The notes below the pieces were generated by a model that had not been told where the DNA came from, made no database searches, and saw nothing but the letters and a program-made list of their open reading frames with translations. Below are positions 38,109 through 48,497 of a stretch of 64,000 nucleotides of DNA, in pieces. Position 1 is the stretch's first letter; each line of letters opens with the position of its first letter. A program made the translations under genes and the position numbers. Source of the DNA: Planctomycetota bacterium (GTDB lineage Bacteria; Planctomycetota; SZUA-567; H5-PLA8); assembly GCA_038227875.1 (NCBI GenBank), contig JBBRPR010000002.1, positions 128,001 through 192,000 on the forward strand, written 5' to 3'.

Positions 38109-38735
38109 TCAGCCGTTGTCGCTGTCGTCCGTGCCTTCGGCCAGATCGTCGAGCTCGTCGCCGTCTTCGCGCTTGCGGATTTCGGCGAGTTCCTGGCACT
38201 TGATACACATCGTCACGTACGGCAGGAACAGCAGGCGGTCGGAACCGATGGCCTTGTTGCAGACTTCGCAGACGCCATAGGTGCCGTTGTCGACCTTCTC
38301 GATCGCACGTTCGATCTCGCTGGCTTCAACCGTTTCGCTTTCGGCAATGCGCAACGCCAAGTCGCCTTCGGCGGCGTCGGTGGCCATGTCGGACGTGTCG
38401 TTGATGTGCGCGGCGTCGCGGTCGCTGGCGCCGCGGACTTCATGCTCGATGTCTTTGCGCATGTCGGAGAGCATCTGTACGAGACGCCCGCGGATCTGCA
38501 GCATGTCTGCGCTCAAGTTTTTCGGCGGCCCCATCGGCCGCGGCTTGGTCTCTGAACTCGCGTCGTCAACCTCTCGGACCGGCTTGCTCGTTTTGACAAC
38601 TTTCGCGATTTTCGCGATCTTGGCGGGCTTGCTGGCTTTGGGTTCCGGGCGTTTCACCTTTGCGGGCGTGGATTTCTTGGCGGCGCGCTCGGGCTTGGAT
38701 CGCTTGGCCGCCTTCGTTTTCTTCACTTTTGCCAT
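38109..38735 (-). CDS. dksA: DksA/TraR C4 zinc-finger transcription factor with Lys-rich N-terminus
   Basis: DTSDMA coiled-coil tip; GTYGVCEVC...RL...P....CIKCQ. Confidence 0.85.
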   Translation of the reverse strand: MAKVKKTKAAKRSKPERAAKKSTPAKVKRPEPKASKPAKIAKIAKVVKTSKPVREVDDASSETKPRPMGPPKNLSADMLQIRGRLVQMLSDMRKDIEHEVRGASDRDAAHINDTSDMATDAAEGDLALRIAESETVEASEIERAIEKVDNGTYGVCEVCNKAIGSDRLLFLPYVTMCIKCQELAEIRKREDGDELDDLAEGTDDSDNG

Positions 38736-38933
38736 TGGCTCTCTACGCTCCCTATTGCACTACGTGCATGAACCCAAGCCGCTCGTTGCAACACCGTATG
38801 TAAAGGGCAGGGACGGTAATAGCTATGACGCTATTTGTCAAGTACGGTGATTTTTCAGGTATGCGCTTCGGTGGGTTCGCAGCGTTCCTGCCCTGACTGT
38901 TTCAGCGGATATAAAACACATTTGGGCGCGAAA

Positions 38934-41915
38934 TTATTTCTTCAGCGCGAAGTTTCCGATGCCTTTTTTAGCCGTGTACGTGGTCGAACCATCGCCGCCA
39001 AAAAGAGTGGCCGGCACAATCACGCTGACGTGCGCATTGAGCGCGGCCGGTGGCGATTGTGTGGCCGTCGCGCTGATTCCCTGTGCGGAAAACAGCGTGT
39101 TCCACGAACCCTTGCTCAAATTGGCCTGAAACACCACCGCGCCAGGCAGCAGGTCCATCTTATGCGTGGTTTTGTTGCGCTTGGTCTTGAGCTTCAATGC
39201 GAACATGCCGTTGGCTGATTTGCCGCGCCCTTTCGCATCCAGTGTGAAATGCACCCGCGCCGATCCCACCGTCAGCGTCAGGGCTGTGCCCAACGGCGTA
39301 AAGTTCGCCGGCAGCGCGGAGAGGGAGCCCTGCACGCGGATCGAATCGCTGTTGGCGCGCGTGAGATTCAATTTGCCCTTCAGCGATTTGATCGTGAGCG
39401 GCAGCACCGTCAGCACGGCGGCGGGATTGGTCGGGTCGAGCCCCGCGTCGATCTTGTCCTGATCGGTGATCCCGGATCCGTCGCCGGGTTGTGACGCTCC
39501 GCCAGGTTGCACGACCAGCGTCAACGTACCCGAACTGGCGTGCGCGAAAGTATCGGTGACCGTGACTGTCACCGCATACGTTCCCGCCGCCGAGTATGTG
39601 TGGCTCACCGCGCCGCTGGTGGTATCCGTGGCGCCGTCGCCAAAATTCCAATTCCACAAAAACGGTCCGGAGCCGCTGGCGACACACGCGAACTGCACGG
39701 CCTGACCCGCGACCGCCGGATTGGGCGTGGCCGTCGGCCCACTGCTCAAGACGGGAGCCGGCGCGGCCTTGAACGTCGCCGTCAGCGCCGTCGACGCGGC
39801 CGGCATGGTGATCACCGTGCTCGCCGACTGCGCGTTACCGACGCTCGCACCTGTCCACTGATCGAAGACCTGGCCGCTGGGCGGCGCGTTGGCCGAGATC
39901 GCGACCGATGTCCCCGCCGCGTAGCTGCCGCTGCCGGAGCCGCCGGTGACCGTCAGCGTGTACAGCACCGCCTTGTACGTGGCCGTGACGGTCACGTTCG
40001 ACGCCGGCATGGTGAGCGTTGTCGATGCCGACGTGGCGCTGGCGACTGTTGCTCCGGTCCACTGATCAAACACCTGGCCGGTCGGCGGCGCATTGGCCAC
40101 GATCGCGACCACGTTTCCTGCGCCAAACGAACCGCCGCCGGAGCCGCTGACGACCGTGAGCGTAAACGTCGGCCCGGCTTTGTAGGTCGCCGTCACCGTC
40201 GTGTTGGCGGCGGGCATGGTGATCGTGGTGGTCGTGGCATTGGCGTTGGCGACTGTTGCGCCGGTCCATTGATTGAAGACCTGCCCGGCCGGCGGCGCGT
40301 TGGCCGTAATCGTTACCACCGCTCCGGCGATGTACGTCCCACCGCCGCTGCCGCTGGTCACCGTGAGCGTGTACGTGTTCTGATACGTCGCGGTCACCGC
40401 GGTGTTGGCTGCGGGCATCGTGATCGTCGTCGTCGAGGCGTTTGCATTCGCGACCGTCGCACCGGTCCACTGCTTGAAGATCTGCCCAGCTGGTGCCGCA
40501 TTGGCGGTGATCGTCACCACTGCTCCGGCGATGTACGTCCCGCCGCCGCTGCCGCTGGTCACCGTCAGCGTGTACGTGTTCTGGTATGTCGCCGTCACCG
40601 TCGTGTTGGCCGCGGGCATCGTGATTGTCGTCGTCGAGGCGTTCGCATTCGCGACCGTCGCGCCGGTCCACTGCTTGAAGATCTGCCCGGCCGGTGCGGC
40701 GTTGGCGGTGATTGTCACCACTGTCCCGGCCGCGTAGGTGCCGCTGCCGGAACCGCTGGTGACGGTGAGCGTGAAGCTCGTCGTCGGTGTCTTGTACGTC
40801 GCCGTGACGCTGGAAGCCGCCGCGCCGGTGGTGATCGTCGTTACCGCGGAAAACGCGTTGGCAACGGTGGCGCCGGTCCACTGGTCGAACACTTTCCCGG
40901 CTGGCGGCGCGTTGGCGGTGATCTTGACCGGCGTGTTCGCAGGGTAGCCGCCGCTGCCCGCTCCATTATTCACGGTCAGAGCATAAGTGACCGGCGGCAC
41001 GAGCACTTCAAACGCCGTCCCGGGCACCGACTTCAGCTGATTGAGGTCGTTGTCGTCCCAGCGCGAATCCGACGTTCCGCTGATGTACCAGCCGCTGCCA
41101 CGGTCGGCGTTGATCATGCCGTAAGTTTTCAGCGCCTGCAGAATGATCCTCGACTGCCCGGTGTAGCCGGTAATATCGAAGCTCGCCTTCAACCGCAGCC
41201 GCGTGCCCATCGGCGGCGCGTTGGTGTTGGCCGATGCGCCTTTGTGCGTCGCGGGATACACATACGCCTGCTGCGTTTCCGGCACTGTGAAGCGCAGCGC
41301 GTGTGTGATCGCGCCGGTCGCGACTTCATCGTAGCGCACCAATCCGGGGAGAATCGGCAATCCGCCGGCATCGGCCGACGTCCATCCCGCCGGCCGCAGC
41401 GTGTTGGCGCTCATGTCCCAGATCGCGCCGCTGTCGCAATTCCACGCCGGATTCTGGTACGACGAATTGAACATCTCGTAGAGCAGCGCGTTGTCTTTAT
41501 CGAGCACGATCACGTGGCGGTCGCCGGTCCCGTTGACGCCACCCTCAATCGGCGCAGTCGGCGGCACGGGATACGGACCCGGATCGCTCTCCGCCGGATA
41601 CGCGACGAAGTTGATCGGGACCTTGGCCTGCGTTCCGGAGACGACGACGAACGGAATTCCATACAGCGGATTGGTGCCAAAGTCGGGGTGCAGATTTTTG
41701 TTGGTGCCCTGATTGATATTGGCGACGTACGTCGAGGTCAGCGCCGTGCTGACCGGATCGCCCGAGACATCGCGATTCCACGGATTTTCCGGCGGCAGAA
41801 TCGTACAGCCCGAAATCTGCACCGCCCACGCCGATGCCGGAGCGCTCAACGCCGCCAGCGTTGCGAGGACGAGCAGGCCGAAATGAGCGCGCCGTTCCAA
41901 CACCGATTTTCGCAT
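38934..41915 (-). CDS. Secreted surface protein: N-terminal domain of unknown function, six InlB-B-like repeats, PKD domain
   Basis: NPWNRDVS..ESDPGPYP..GDRHV; six ~67-aa YTLTV.SGSG.G...F.QWTG repeats; WNFGDG...SHTY..AGTY. Confidence 0.85.
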   Translation of the reverse strand: MRKSVLERRAHFGLLVLATLAALSAPASAWAVQISGCTILPPENPWNRDVSGDPVSTALTSTYVANINQGTNKNLHPDFGTNPLYGIPFVVVSGTQAKVPINFVAYPAESDPGPYPVPPTAPIEGGVNGTGDRHVIVLDKDNALLYEMFNSSYQNPAWNCDSGAIWDMSANTLRPAGWTSADAGGLPILPGLVRYDEVATGAITHALRFTVPETQQAYVYPATHKGASANTNAPPMGTRLRLKASFDITGYTGQSRIILQALKTYGMINADRGSGWYISGTSDSRWDDNDLNQLKSVPGTAFEVLVPPVTYALTVNNGAGSGGYPANTPVKITANAPPAGKVFDQWTGATVANAFSAVTTITTGAAASSVTATYKTPTTSFTLTVTSGSGSGTYAAGTVVTITANAAPAGQIFKQWTGATVANANASTTTITMPAANTTVTATYQNTYTLTVTSGSGGGTYIAGAVVTITANAAPAGQIFKQWTGATVANANASTTTITMPAANTAVTATYQNTYTLTVTSGSGGGTYIAGAVVTITANAPPAGQVFNQWTGATVANANATTTTITMPAANTTVTATYKAGPTFTLTVVSGSGGGSFGAGNVVAIVANAPPTGQVFDQWTGATVASATSASTTLTMPASNVTVTATYKAVLYTLTVTGGSGSGSYAAGTSVAISANAPPSGQVFDQWTGASVGNAQSASTVITMPAASTALTATFKAAPAPVLSSGPTATPNPAVAGQAVQFACVASGSGPFLWNWNFGDGATDTTSGAVSHTYSAAGTYAVTVTVTDTFAHASSGTLTLVVQPGGASQPGDGSGITDQDKIDAGLDPTNPAAVLTVLPLTIKSLKGKLNLTRANSDSIRVQGSLSALPANFTPLGTALTLTVGSARVHFTLDAKGRGKSANGMFALKLKTKRNKTTHKMDLLPGAVVFQANLSKGSWNTLFSAQGISATATQSPPAALNAHVSVIVPATLFGGDGSTTYTAKKGIGNFALKK

Positions 41916-42057
41916 AAAGAGAGTGCCCCCGTTGCAGAGTATTGCGAATTTCACTGCGCAGGGGGACAACGAAAAACTTTACAGGCAAGAAATTCCGGTG
42001 CACGTGTGCAGGAGGGGCCTCGCCTTCTTGAAGAGAGATCGGTGAAACCAAGCGGCT

Positions 42058-42486
42058 TTATCGCTTCACCCGACCAAACTCCCAGCCTTCGCGCTTGCAG
42101 ACTACTTTCACGTGCGAATCCCATGTCGGTTCCTTTTTCGGGCGTCCGCCGACGAAGCAATCGACTACGAGGTACCGCATCGGCGTGCGGCTGGTGCTGA
42201 AGATCCGGTGCCACGTCTTCGGCGGGATGCGGACGACATCGCCGGGCTTCACAGCGAATCGCTGCAGCGACTTGCCGATCTGCAGTTCGCCGCGGCCGCT
42301 CAAGATGTAGAAAATCTGCTCGGTGTCGTCGTGCTGGTGCAAGGGCGGCGCTTCGCCTTTGCCCAGCACGGTGATGAAAACCTCCGAGGTCGCCGCGTCT
42401 TTGCGGTCGAGCACCAGGTCGTTCGTGTGCGTCGGAAAGCGGTACCGTTGCAGTGCGCTGGTTTTAAAGACGTACTTCTTTTTCAA
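42058..42486 (-). CDS. Cupin domain protein
   Basis: GGAGG before TTG 42486; PLHQH..TEQIFYILSG.G ... PGD...IP..TWH. Confidence 0.88.
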   Translation of the reverse strand: MKKKYVFKTSALQRYRFPTHTNDLVLDRKDAATSEVFITVLGKGEAPPLHQHDDTEQIFYILSGRGELQIGKSLQRFAVKPGDVVRIPPKTWHRIFSTSRTPMRYLVVDCFVGGRPKKEPTWDSHVKVVCKREGWEFGRVKR

Positions 42487-42508
42487 GATTTCCTCCGCGA
42501 AAAATGAC

Positions 42509-43723
42509 TTACCAACCGAACGCCGAGTATGACGGGTTCCACTCTTTCTCTCCACCGCAGGCCAGCCGCCCGAGCGCCAGGGCGCCGTACGAGGTGCTGC
42601 GCAGCGAGATGAAATCGGCGGCGGTGGAGCCCTGCCGGTAGTGGGTCGCCATGTCTTCGCCGCGGAACGCGCCGGAGACTAGCGGGCGTTCGTCGCGGGT
42701 GATCTGGTGCGCGAAAAACTCCGGCGCGCGTTCGACCAGGTGCTGCAGGTAGCGCTTCTCTCCGGTCGCGCGAGCCACGTCGGCGAGGATCATCGTCAGC
42801 AGCGGCAGCGCCGAGAAGTTTTTCGGCAGCGACGGCCGCGCCAGCCACCAATCGGCGTTGGCTCGCGCCGCGTCCAGAAACGCTTTGCGTCCGGTCTGCT
42901 TGTGGAGCGCGACGAGCGTCAAGACCACGCCATCGTCGTTGTCCAATGTGCCATCGGCGGTGGACGTGTGATGCCCGCTGTTCTTCGCGCAGAGCCGGCC
43001 GTCGGGCTTGAGCAGGTACTCGAGAATATAGCCGCCCAGTTTCTCCGCCGCGGCCGTGTACTTCGCGTCGTTGGTCAGCAGCGCCAATTGCAGCAGCGGC
43101 AGCGCGCAGACGTAATCGCAGAAGCGTTCGGGCACCGTCTGCTTCGGCCACGCCTTGGTGATGAACTGCGAGGGGCTCAGACGCGGCACAACCCAGAGCG
43201 CCACTTCCGGCCAGCTGCCGTTCTCCATCATCGTCAGGAAGCGATCGAGAAACGCCTTCGCGCGGACCAACGAGACCTTGTCCCCGCAGACCAGATGATG
43301 CGCCATCAACGCCTGCGCGCACTCGATGCCATCGCGGATGCCGCAGTGATCGGAGAGCGGCGTTTCCGCCAGGAACAGGCCGTGAGCCTCCGGCGCTTCG
43401 GGGCCGAAGTATTGGATCGACTTCACATACTCCAGCGCGCAGTCAATCGCGTAGAGGTGTTCCGGCTTGCGGAAGACCGTGTACGCCGAGAGCAATCCTT
43501 GAATCATGCGCGCCGTGTTCCACGACGTGGACTGAAAGTGATCGTTCGTCGGCAGGTGAACGTGGTACGGAAAGCGCCCGGTATTCGCTGACCAGCGCGG
43601 CCACGCGTGCCGCCCCTGGTTGCGCGCGGCCCAGTCCGCGACCAGCCCCAAACCCGCGCGCGCCTTGCTTCGCACGTCCTCTCCCACTTCCAACCCCGCT
43701 TCGTTTGACCAGTTCATCGGCAT
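42509..43723 (-). CDS. Six-hairpin (alpha/alpha)6 glycosidase-like protein
   Basis: Repeated L...T....Y..AA helical hairpins. Confidence 0.6.
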   Translation of the reverse strand: MPMNWSNEAGLEVGEDVRSKARAGLGLVADWAARNQGRHAWPRWSANTGRFPYHVHLPTNDHFQSTSWNTARMIQGLLSAYTVFRKPEHLYAIDCALEYVKSIQYFGPEAPEAHGLFLAETPLSDHCGIRDGIECAQALMAHHLVCGDKVSLVRAKAFLDRFLTMMENGSWPEVALWVVPRLSPSQFITKAWPKQTVPERFCDYVCALPLLQLALLTNDAKYTAAAEKLGGYILEYLLKPDGRLCAKNSGHHTSTADGTLDNDDGVVLTLVALHKQTGRKAFLDAARANADWWLARPSLPKNFSALPLLTMILADVARATGEKRYLQHLVERAPEFFAHQITRDERPLVSGAFRGEDMATHYRQGSTAADFISLRSTSYGALALGRLACGGEKEWNPSYSAFGW

Positions 43724-43852
43724 CTCCAGTTTTGAATTTTTAATGCAGCAAGCCCATTTGCATAAAATACACCGTTCAGACCGATCTGGCTTTGGACTGG
43801 AGCCGCTTCATTTGCACTTTTGACGACTCCGCTCCGGCATTAGACTGTGTTC

Positions 43853-44749
43853 ATGACTCACCCACGGCTGGCGAAGTCGGTTCGTTATGTGCGGTTGCCC
43901 AAAGGCATCGCGACCTGTTCGGGAGCCTTCGATCATTATGTCTGGGATTGGCCGGAGCCGCGGCGCATGCTCTTTCCGGATTTTGATCTCTTCTTCATCA
44001 CCGCCGGCAGCATGGCCATCGTCTGGCCCGACGGTCAGCGCTTCGTGGCGAAGACCGGCACGTTCGCGCTGATTCCGCCGCTGGTTCCCGTGCGCATTTC
44101 ACGCGGCGCGGCGACGTTGAAGTACTGGTTCTGTCACTTCAATTTCCGCGTCGGCCCCGGGTCGTACTCCGAACGGATGGAGCGCGATTTCAGCGGTCCG
44201 GCGCCGGACGTGAACGTGCCGTTCCTGTTTTCAGCCGCTCAAGCGCCGGAAGTTCACCGCGCCCACCGCGCGCTGACGCGCCTGCGCTTCGACGCTCCCG
44301 CTCCGCCCTGGCGCTACGAGGCCGCACTGCTGCGCCTGGTCGGCGAGCTCAACTACTTCGGCTGGAAGAACGCGACGCAAGCCGCCGCCGTCGCCCCGGC
44401 CGCGACCGTGCAGGATGCGCGTCTGACCGCCGTGCTCCAGAAAATTCACACCGAACCCGAGCGCCCGTGGACGGTCACTGAACTCGCCGCCAGTGTCGGC
44501 CTTTCGACCGATCGGCTGAACATGATCGCCCGCAGACTGACCAACCGCAGCGTCAAGGAGCTGCAGATCCGCGCCCGCTTCGAGCTGGCCTTCACGCTCC
44601 TGCGCCAGCGCCCGCACGGCGAAACCCCTTCGATCAAGGAAGTCAGCGCGCAATGCGGTTTCAGCTCGCAGCACTTTTTCTGCCGCCAGTTCAAGCAGTA
44701 CTTTCAGATAACGCCGTCGGAGTTCAGGGATGGAGTGGTAGGGACGTGA
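43853..44749 (+). CDS. AraC family transcriptional regulator
   Basis: SIKEVS.QCGFSSQHFF.RQFK....TPSEFR; start could be 43847 or 43853. Confidence 0.92.
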   Translation: MTHPRLAKSVRYVRLPKGIATCSGAFDHYVWDWPEPRRMLFPDFDLFFITAGSMAIVWPDGQRFVAKTGTFALIPPLVPVRISRGAATLKYWFCHFNFRVGPGSYSERMERDFSGPAPDVNVPFLFSAAQAPEVHRAHRALTRLRFDAPAPPWRYEAALLRLVGELNYFGWKNATQAAAVAPAATVQDARLTAVLQKIHTEPERPWTVTELAASVGLSTDRLNMIARRLTNRSVKELQIRARFELAFTLLRQRPHGETPSIKEVSAQCGFSSQHFFCRQFKQYFQITPSEFRDGVVGT

Positions 44750-44761
44750 TCGTCGTTTCCA

Positions 44762-44849
44762 TTTGTCCCGATGTGACAACGGAGCTTAGCCGGGGGCCGG
44801 CCTGAAGGGCCGAGCCCCCGGTGAAGCTCCACTGTCCCTTCGGGACAAA
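44762..44849. repeat. ~88-bp imperfect palindrome (REP/MITE-like)
   Basis: tttgtcccga..ggagctt..ccggggg / cccccgg..aagctcc..tcgggacaaa between convergent genes. Confidence 0.75.
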
Positions 44850-44871
44850 AGGCAGTCTAAAGCAATTTCGA

Positions 44872-46143
44872 CTACAGCAACATCTTGGCCGGATTTTCCA
44901 AGAGCCCCGTCAACGTCTTCATAAACACAGCCGCAACCGCGCCGTCGATCACGCGGTGGTCGCAGGAGAGCGTAATGCCCATCACGTTGCCGACGACAAT
45001 CTGTCCGGCCGCGTTGACGACAGGCTTCTTCTTCACGCCGCCGACGGCCAGGATCGCTGCTTCGGGCGGGTTGATGATCGCGAAGAAATGATCGACGCCG
45101 AACATGCCGAGATTGGAAATCGTGAAGCCGGAGCCCTGCAGATCTTCGGCGCGCAGCTTCTTTTCCTTGGTCTTCTTCGCCAAGTCTTTGATGCCTGCAG
45201 AAATGCCGCTCAGGTTGAGCCGGTCGACGTTGCGCAGCACCGGTGTGTAGAGTCCATCTTCGGTCGCGATCGCGATGGCGATGTTGACGTCGCCGTGGCG
45301 GTGAATCTTTGTCGTCTGGAACGTCGCGTTCACTTCCGGATGGCGGCGCAGCGCCGTCGCGACAACTTTGGTCACCAAATCGTTGACGCTGATCTTCACG
45401 CCGGTCTCTTCCGCCGACGCATTCAGTTCTTCGCGCAAAGCCATCAGGCGATCGACAGTGACTTCCGCGACCATGTACCAATGCGGCAGTTCCTGTTTGC
45501 TCTGGAGCAGGCGGCGCGCGATGGTCTGGCGCAGATTGCTGAGCGGAATGTCCACGCCCACGCCGGGAGGACCGTACGATGCAGCAGCCGAAGCGGCGGT
45601 CGCCGCGGGTGCCGGTGCGCTGGTTGGCACGTCGCGTTCAATGATCCGTCCCGCAGGACCGGTGCCCGCGATGCCCTGCAGATCGACGCCGCGTTCCTTG
45701 GCGACTTTCTTCGCGAGGGGACTGGCCTTGATCCGTCCGCCGTTGGTGTGCACTGCTGGCGCTTCCACGACCGCAACAGCAGTCGCCGCAACCGGAGGAG
45801 GCGTCGAAGCGCCGACGGCCTTCGCCGCAGGAGCCGCAGCCGCCGCTTTCGCGGGCGCAGCAGCGGGAGCCGACGCGCCGGCGAGAATCTTGGAGATGTC
45901 TTCGCCCGGCTTGCCGATCACCGCGACCAGGTCGTCGACCTTCACCGTCTGGCCTTCGCCAACGAGCACCTTCAGCAGCACGCCTTCGTCAAACGTTTCC
46001 AGCGGCATGCTGGCCTTGTCGGTCTCGACTTCCGCGAGCTGATCGCCCGAGGAAATCTTGGCGCCCTCTTTCACCAGCCACCGGTTGATCGTCCCCGTTT
46101 CCATCGTCGGAGAAAGCTTCGCCATGCGTACTTCTGTTGCCAT
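44872..46143 (-). CDS. pdhC: Pyruvate dehydrogenase E2 dihydrolipoamide acetyltransferase
   Basis: Lipoyl ETDKA, ASPLA E3-binding domain, DHRVIDG. Confidence 0.97.
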   Translation of the reverse strand: MATEVRMAKLSPTMETGTINRWLVKEGAKISSGDQLAEVETDKASMPLETFDEGVLLKVLVGEGQTVKVDDLVAVIGKPGEDISKILAGASAPAAAPAKAAAAAPAAKAVGASTPPPVAATAVAVVEAPAVHTNGGRIKASPLAKKVAKERGVDLQGIAGTGPAGRIIERDVPTSAPAPAATAASAAASYGPPGVGVDIPLSNLRQTIARRLLQSKQELPHWYMVAEVTVDRLMALREELNASAEETGVKISVNDLVTKVVATALRRHPEVNATFQTTKIHRHGDVNIAIAIATEDGLYTPVLRNVDRLNLSGISAGIKDLAKKTKEKKLRAEDLQGSGFTISNLGMFGVDHFFAIINPPEAAILAVGGVKKKPVVNAAGQIVVGNVMGITLSCDHRVIDGAVAAVFMKTLTGLLENPAKMLL

Positions 46144-46193
46144 TCTTAAATCCTTTAGTCTCTAAAAAAACCACCCCACCGCACGGCGCTCAA

Positions 46194-46270
46194 TCCCGCA
46201 CGCGCCCATCCCCACCTCTGACCCCGTTGGCTCGCTCGCGGCTGTTTGCGAGCGAACTGACCCCTCGCGC
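46194..46270 (-). repeat. GGGGTCA-based post-stop repeat, copy 2 (with internal hairpin insertion)
   Basis: Matches copy 1 except for an ~32-bp palindromic insert. Confidence 0.8.
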
Positions 46271-46286
46271 TTTAGCGCGCGTAGCG

Positions 46287-47264
46287 CTACGCGTAGCAAA
46301 CTTTCTTCACCGCTGCCAGCACTCGTTCCGTGTTCGGCAGCACTGCATGCTCGAGCTTCGAGGCGTAGGGCATTGGCACGTCCAGCGAGGCCACGCGCAC
46401 GATCGGTGAATCCAATTCGTCGAAGCATTCGGAGTAAATCGACTCGGCGATCTGCGCGCCGACGCCGCCCCAGTACCAGTCTTCTTCCACGATTACGACG
46501 CGGTGCGTCTTGGCCACGCTCGCCTTGATCGTTTCGATGTCGAACGGACGGAGCGTGCGCGGGTCGATCACTTCCGGTTCAATCCCCGCCGCCACGAGCT
46601 GCTCGACGGCGCTCATCGCCGTGTGCCGCGCACGCGAATGAGCCACGATCGTCACGTCCTTGCCGGTGCGCACCACATCGGCCTTGCCGAACGGCACGAG
46701 GTGTTCGCCTTCGGGGACTTCGCCCTTGAACTTATAGAGCACTTCGCTTTCGATGAAGATGATGGGGTCTTCGTCGCGGATGGCCGTCTTGAGCAGCCCC
46801 TTCGCGTCGGCCGGCGTCGCCGGCATCACGACTTTCAGTCCCGGAATGTGCATGTACAGCGCTTCGAGCGACTGGGAATGCTGCGCGCCGAGCTTGCCGG
46901 CCGCGCCGCCGGGTCCGCGGATCACCATCGGAACTTTGAAATGTCCACCGGACATGTAAAGCGTCTTAGCCGCGTTGGAGATGATCTGGTCGATGGCGAC
47001 GAGCGAGAAATTCCACGTCATCATTTCGATCACGGGTTTCAGGCCGTTCATCGCCGCGCCGACGCCGATGCCCGCGAAGCCGTTCTCGGAGATCGGCGTA
47101 TCGATCACGCGCCGCGGTCCGAAGCGCTGCAGCAAGCCCTTGGAGACTTTGTACGCGCCATCGTACTCCGCGACTTCCTCACCCATCAGGAAGACACGGT
47201 CGTCGCGTTCCATTTCCTCTGCAATGGCCTGGTTGAGCGCTTCACGGTACTCGATCAGTTGCAT
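46287..47264 (-). CDS. pdhB: Pyruvate dehydrogenase E1 beta subunit
   Basis: MGEEVAEYDGAYKV, DTPISE, AQHSQ. Confidence 0.97.
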   Translation of the reverse strand: MQLIEYREALNQAIAEEMERDDRVFLMGEEVAEYDGAYKVSKGLLQRFGPRRVIDTPISENGFAGIGVGAAMNGLKPVIEMMTWNFSLVAIDQIISNAAKTLYMSGGHFKVPMVIRGPGGAAGKLGAQHSQSLEALYMHIPGLKVVMPATPADAKGLLKTAIRDEDPIIFIESEVLYKFKGEVPEGEHLVPFGKADVVRTGKDVTIVAHSRARHTAMSAVEQLVAAGIEPEVIDPRTLRPFDIETIKASVAKTHRVVIVEEDWYWGGVGAQIAESIYSECFDELDSPIVRVASLDVPMPYASKLEHAVLPNTERVLAAVKKVCYA

Positions 47265-47378
47265 GTTTGCTTTCCGTTCCAGTATCTCAAAAGATCCCTC
47301 GCCCTCCCCCTCGGAGAGCAAGACCGTACACGGAGGCAGTCTGCCTACTTGCCTTCTGCCACCCACGCGCGACGCGCC

Positions 47379-47425
47379 CGGTCCTGTACGCGCCCGTCCC
47401 CAACTCTGACCCCTGGCCCCTCGCC
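47379..47425 (-). repeat. GGGGTCA-based post-stop repeat, copy 3
   Basis: Minus strand gcgaggggccaggggtcagagttggggacgggcgcgtacagga. Confidence 0.75.
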
Positions 47426-47426
47426 C

Positions 47427-48497
47427 TTAGAACTCAACGCGCGGCAGCAAGCTCTTGTCCCACGGATTGGCATACACGTCCGTTTCGAGTTCGTGCAGTT
47501 CCGGTTCCGGGGAGGCGTGCGAGAACTCCACCGACTTCGCTGCTTCCGCCTTCGCGTCGTCGTCGATCTGCTGCAGCTTTGCTGCGTCGTAGCCGCGTTC
47601 CATCAGGTCGGCCTTCAGCATCAGGATGGGGTCGTTCTTCTTCTCGCCTTCGATCTCTTCGCGCGTGCGGTACTTTTCCGGATCGGACATCGAGTGTCCG
47701 CGGTAGCGATAGGTCTTGGCTTCCAGCAGGGTGGGGGCGTTGAGCGACTTGGCCATGCTCACGGCCGCGGACGTCTTCTCGACCACGTCGAGCACATCCA
47801 TGCCGTTGCAGGTCACGCCGGCCATGTTGTACGAGGCCGCGCGCTGATGCAGTTCAATGATCGCACTGGAACGTTCCACCGACGTGCCCATGCCGTAGCG
47901 GTTGTTCTCGATGATGAAAATCACCGGCAGGCGCCACAGTCCGGCGATGTTCATCGCTTCGTGGACCGCGCCCTGCTGTGCCGCACCGTCGCCGAAGAAC
48001 ACCAGCGTGCACTTCTTTTCGTTGCGGTACTTTTGAGCGAACGCCGATCCGGTCGCGACGGGGACGTGGCTGCCGACGATGCCGTTGCCGCCCATCATCC
48101 CTTTTTCTTTGTCGAAGAAGTGCATCGAGCCGCCCTTGCCCTTGCTGCAGCCGGTGGCTTTTCCAAAGAGCTCCGCCATCAGCGAATCGGCCGTCAGGCC
48201 CATCGCCAGCGCATGGCCGTGATCGCGGTACGCCGTCAGCACCTTGTCGCCTTTTTCAAGGCAGGAGAGCGCGCCGACGCAGACGGCTTCCTGTCCAATA
48301 TAAAGGTGGCAGAAGCCGCCGATGGCCTGTTTCTGGTACTGAACCAGCGCCGCTTCTTCAAAGCGGCGGATGCGCAGCATCATGGAATAAAGCTCCAGCA
48401 TCTTTTCCGTGCTGGTCACTCGCTTCGAGGCATGCGCCACGCCGTTTTCGTCGGCACGGGCCATCTTTTTGGAAATCGTATTTGCGTCGCTCTTCAC
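47427..48497 (-). CDS. pdhA: Pyruvate dehydrogenase E1 alpha subunit
   Basis: GFCHLYIGQEA, GKGGSMH, GDGA..QG, YRYRGHSMSDP. Confidence 0.97.
   Translation of the reverse strand: MKSDANTISKKMARADENGVAHASKRVTSTEKMLELYSMMLRIRRFEEAALVQYQKQAIGGFCHLYIGQEAVCVGALSCLEKGDKVLTAYRDHGHALAMGLTADSLMAELFGKATGCSKGKGGSMHFFDKEKGMMGGNGIVGSHVPVATGSAFAQKYRNEKKCTLVFFGDGAAQQGAVHEAMNIAGLWRLPVIFIIENNRYGMGTSVERSSAIIELHQRAASYNMAGVTCNGMDVLDVVEKTSAAVSMAKSLNAPTLLEAKTYRYRGHSMSDPEKYRTREEIEGEKKNDPILMLKADLMERGYDAAKLQQIDDDAKAEAAKSVEFSHASPEPELHELETDVYANPWDKSLLPRVEF

Noticed and set aside
39507..42200. 897-aa Arg-rich plus-strand ORF
   Set aside because: Shadow of the repeat-containing surface protein.
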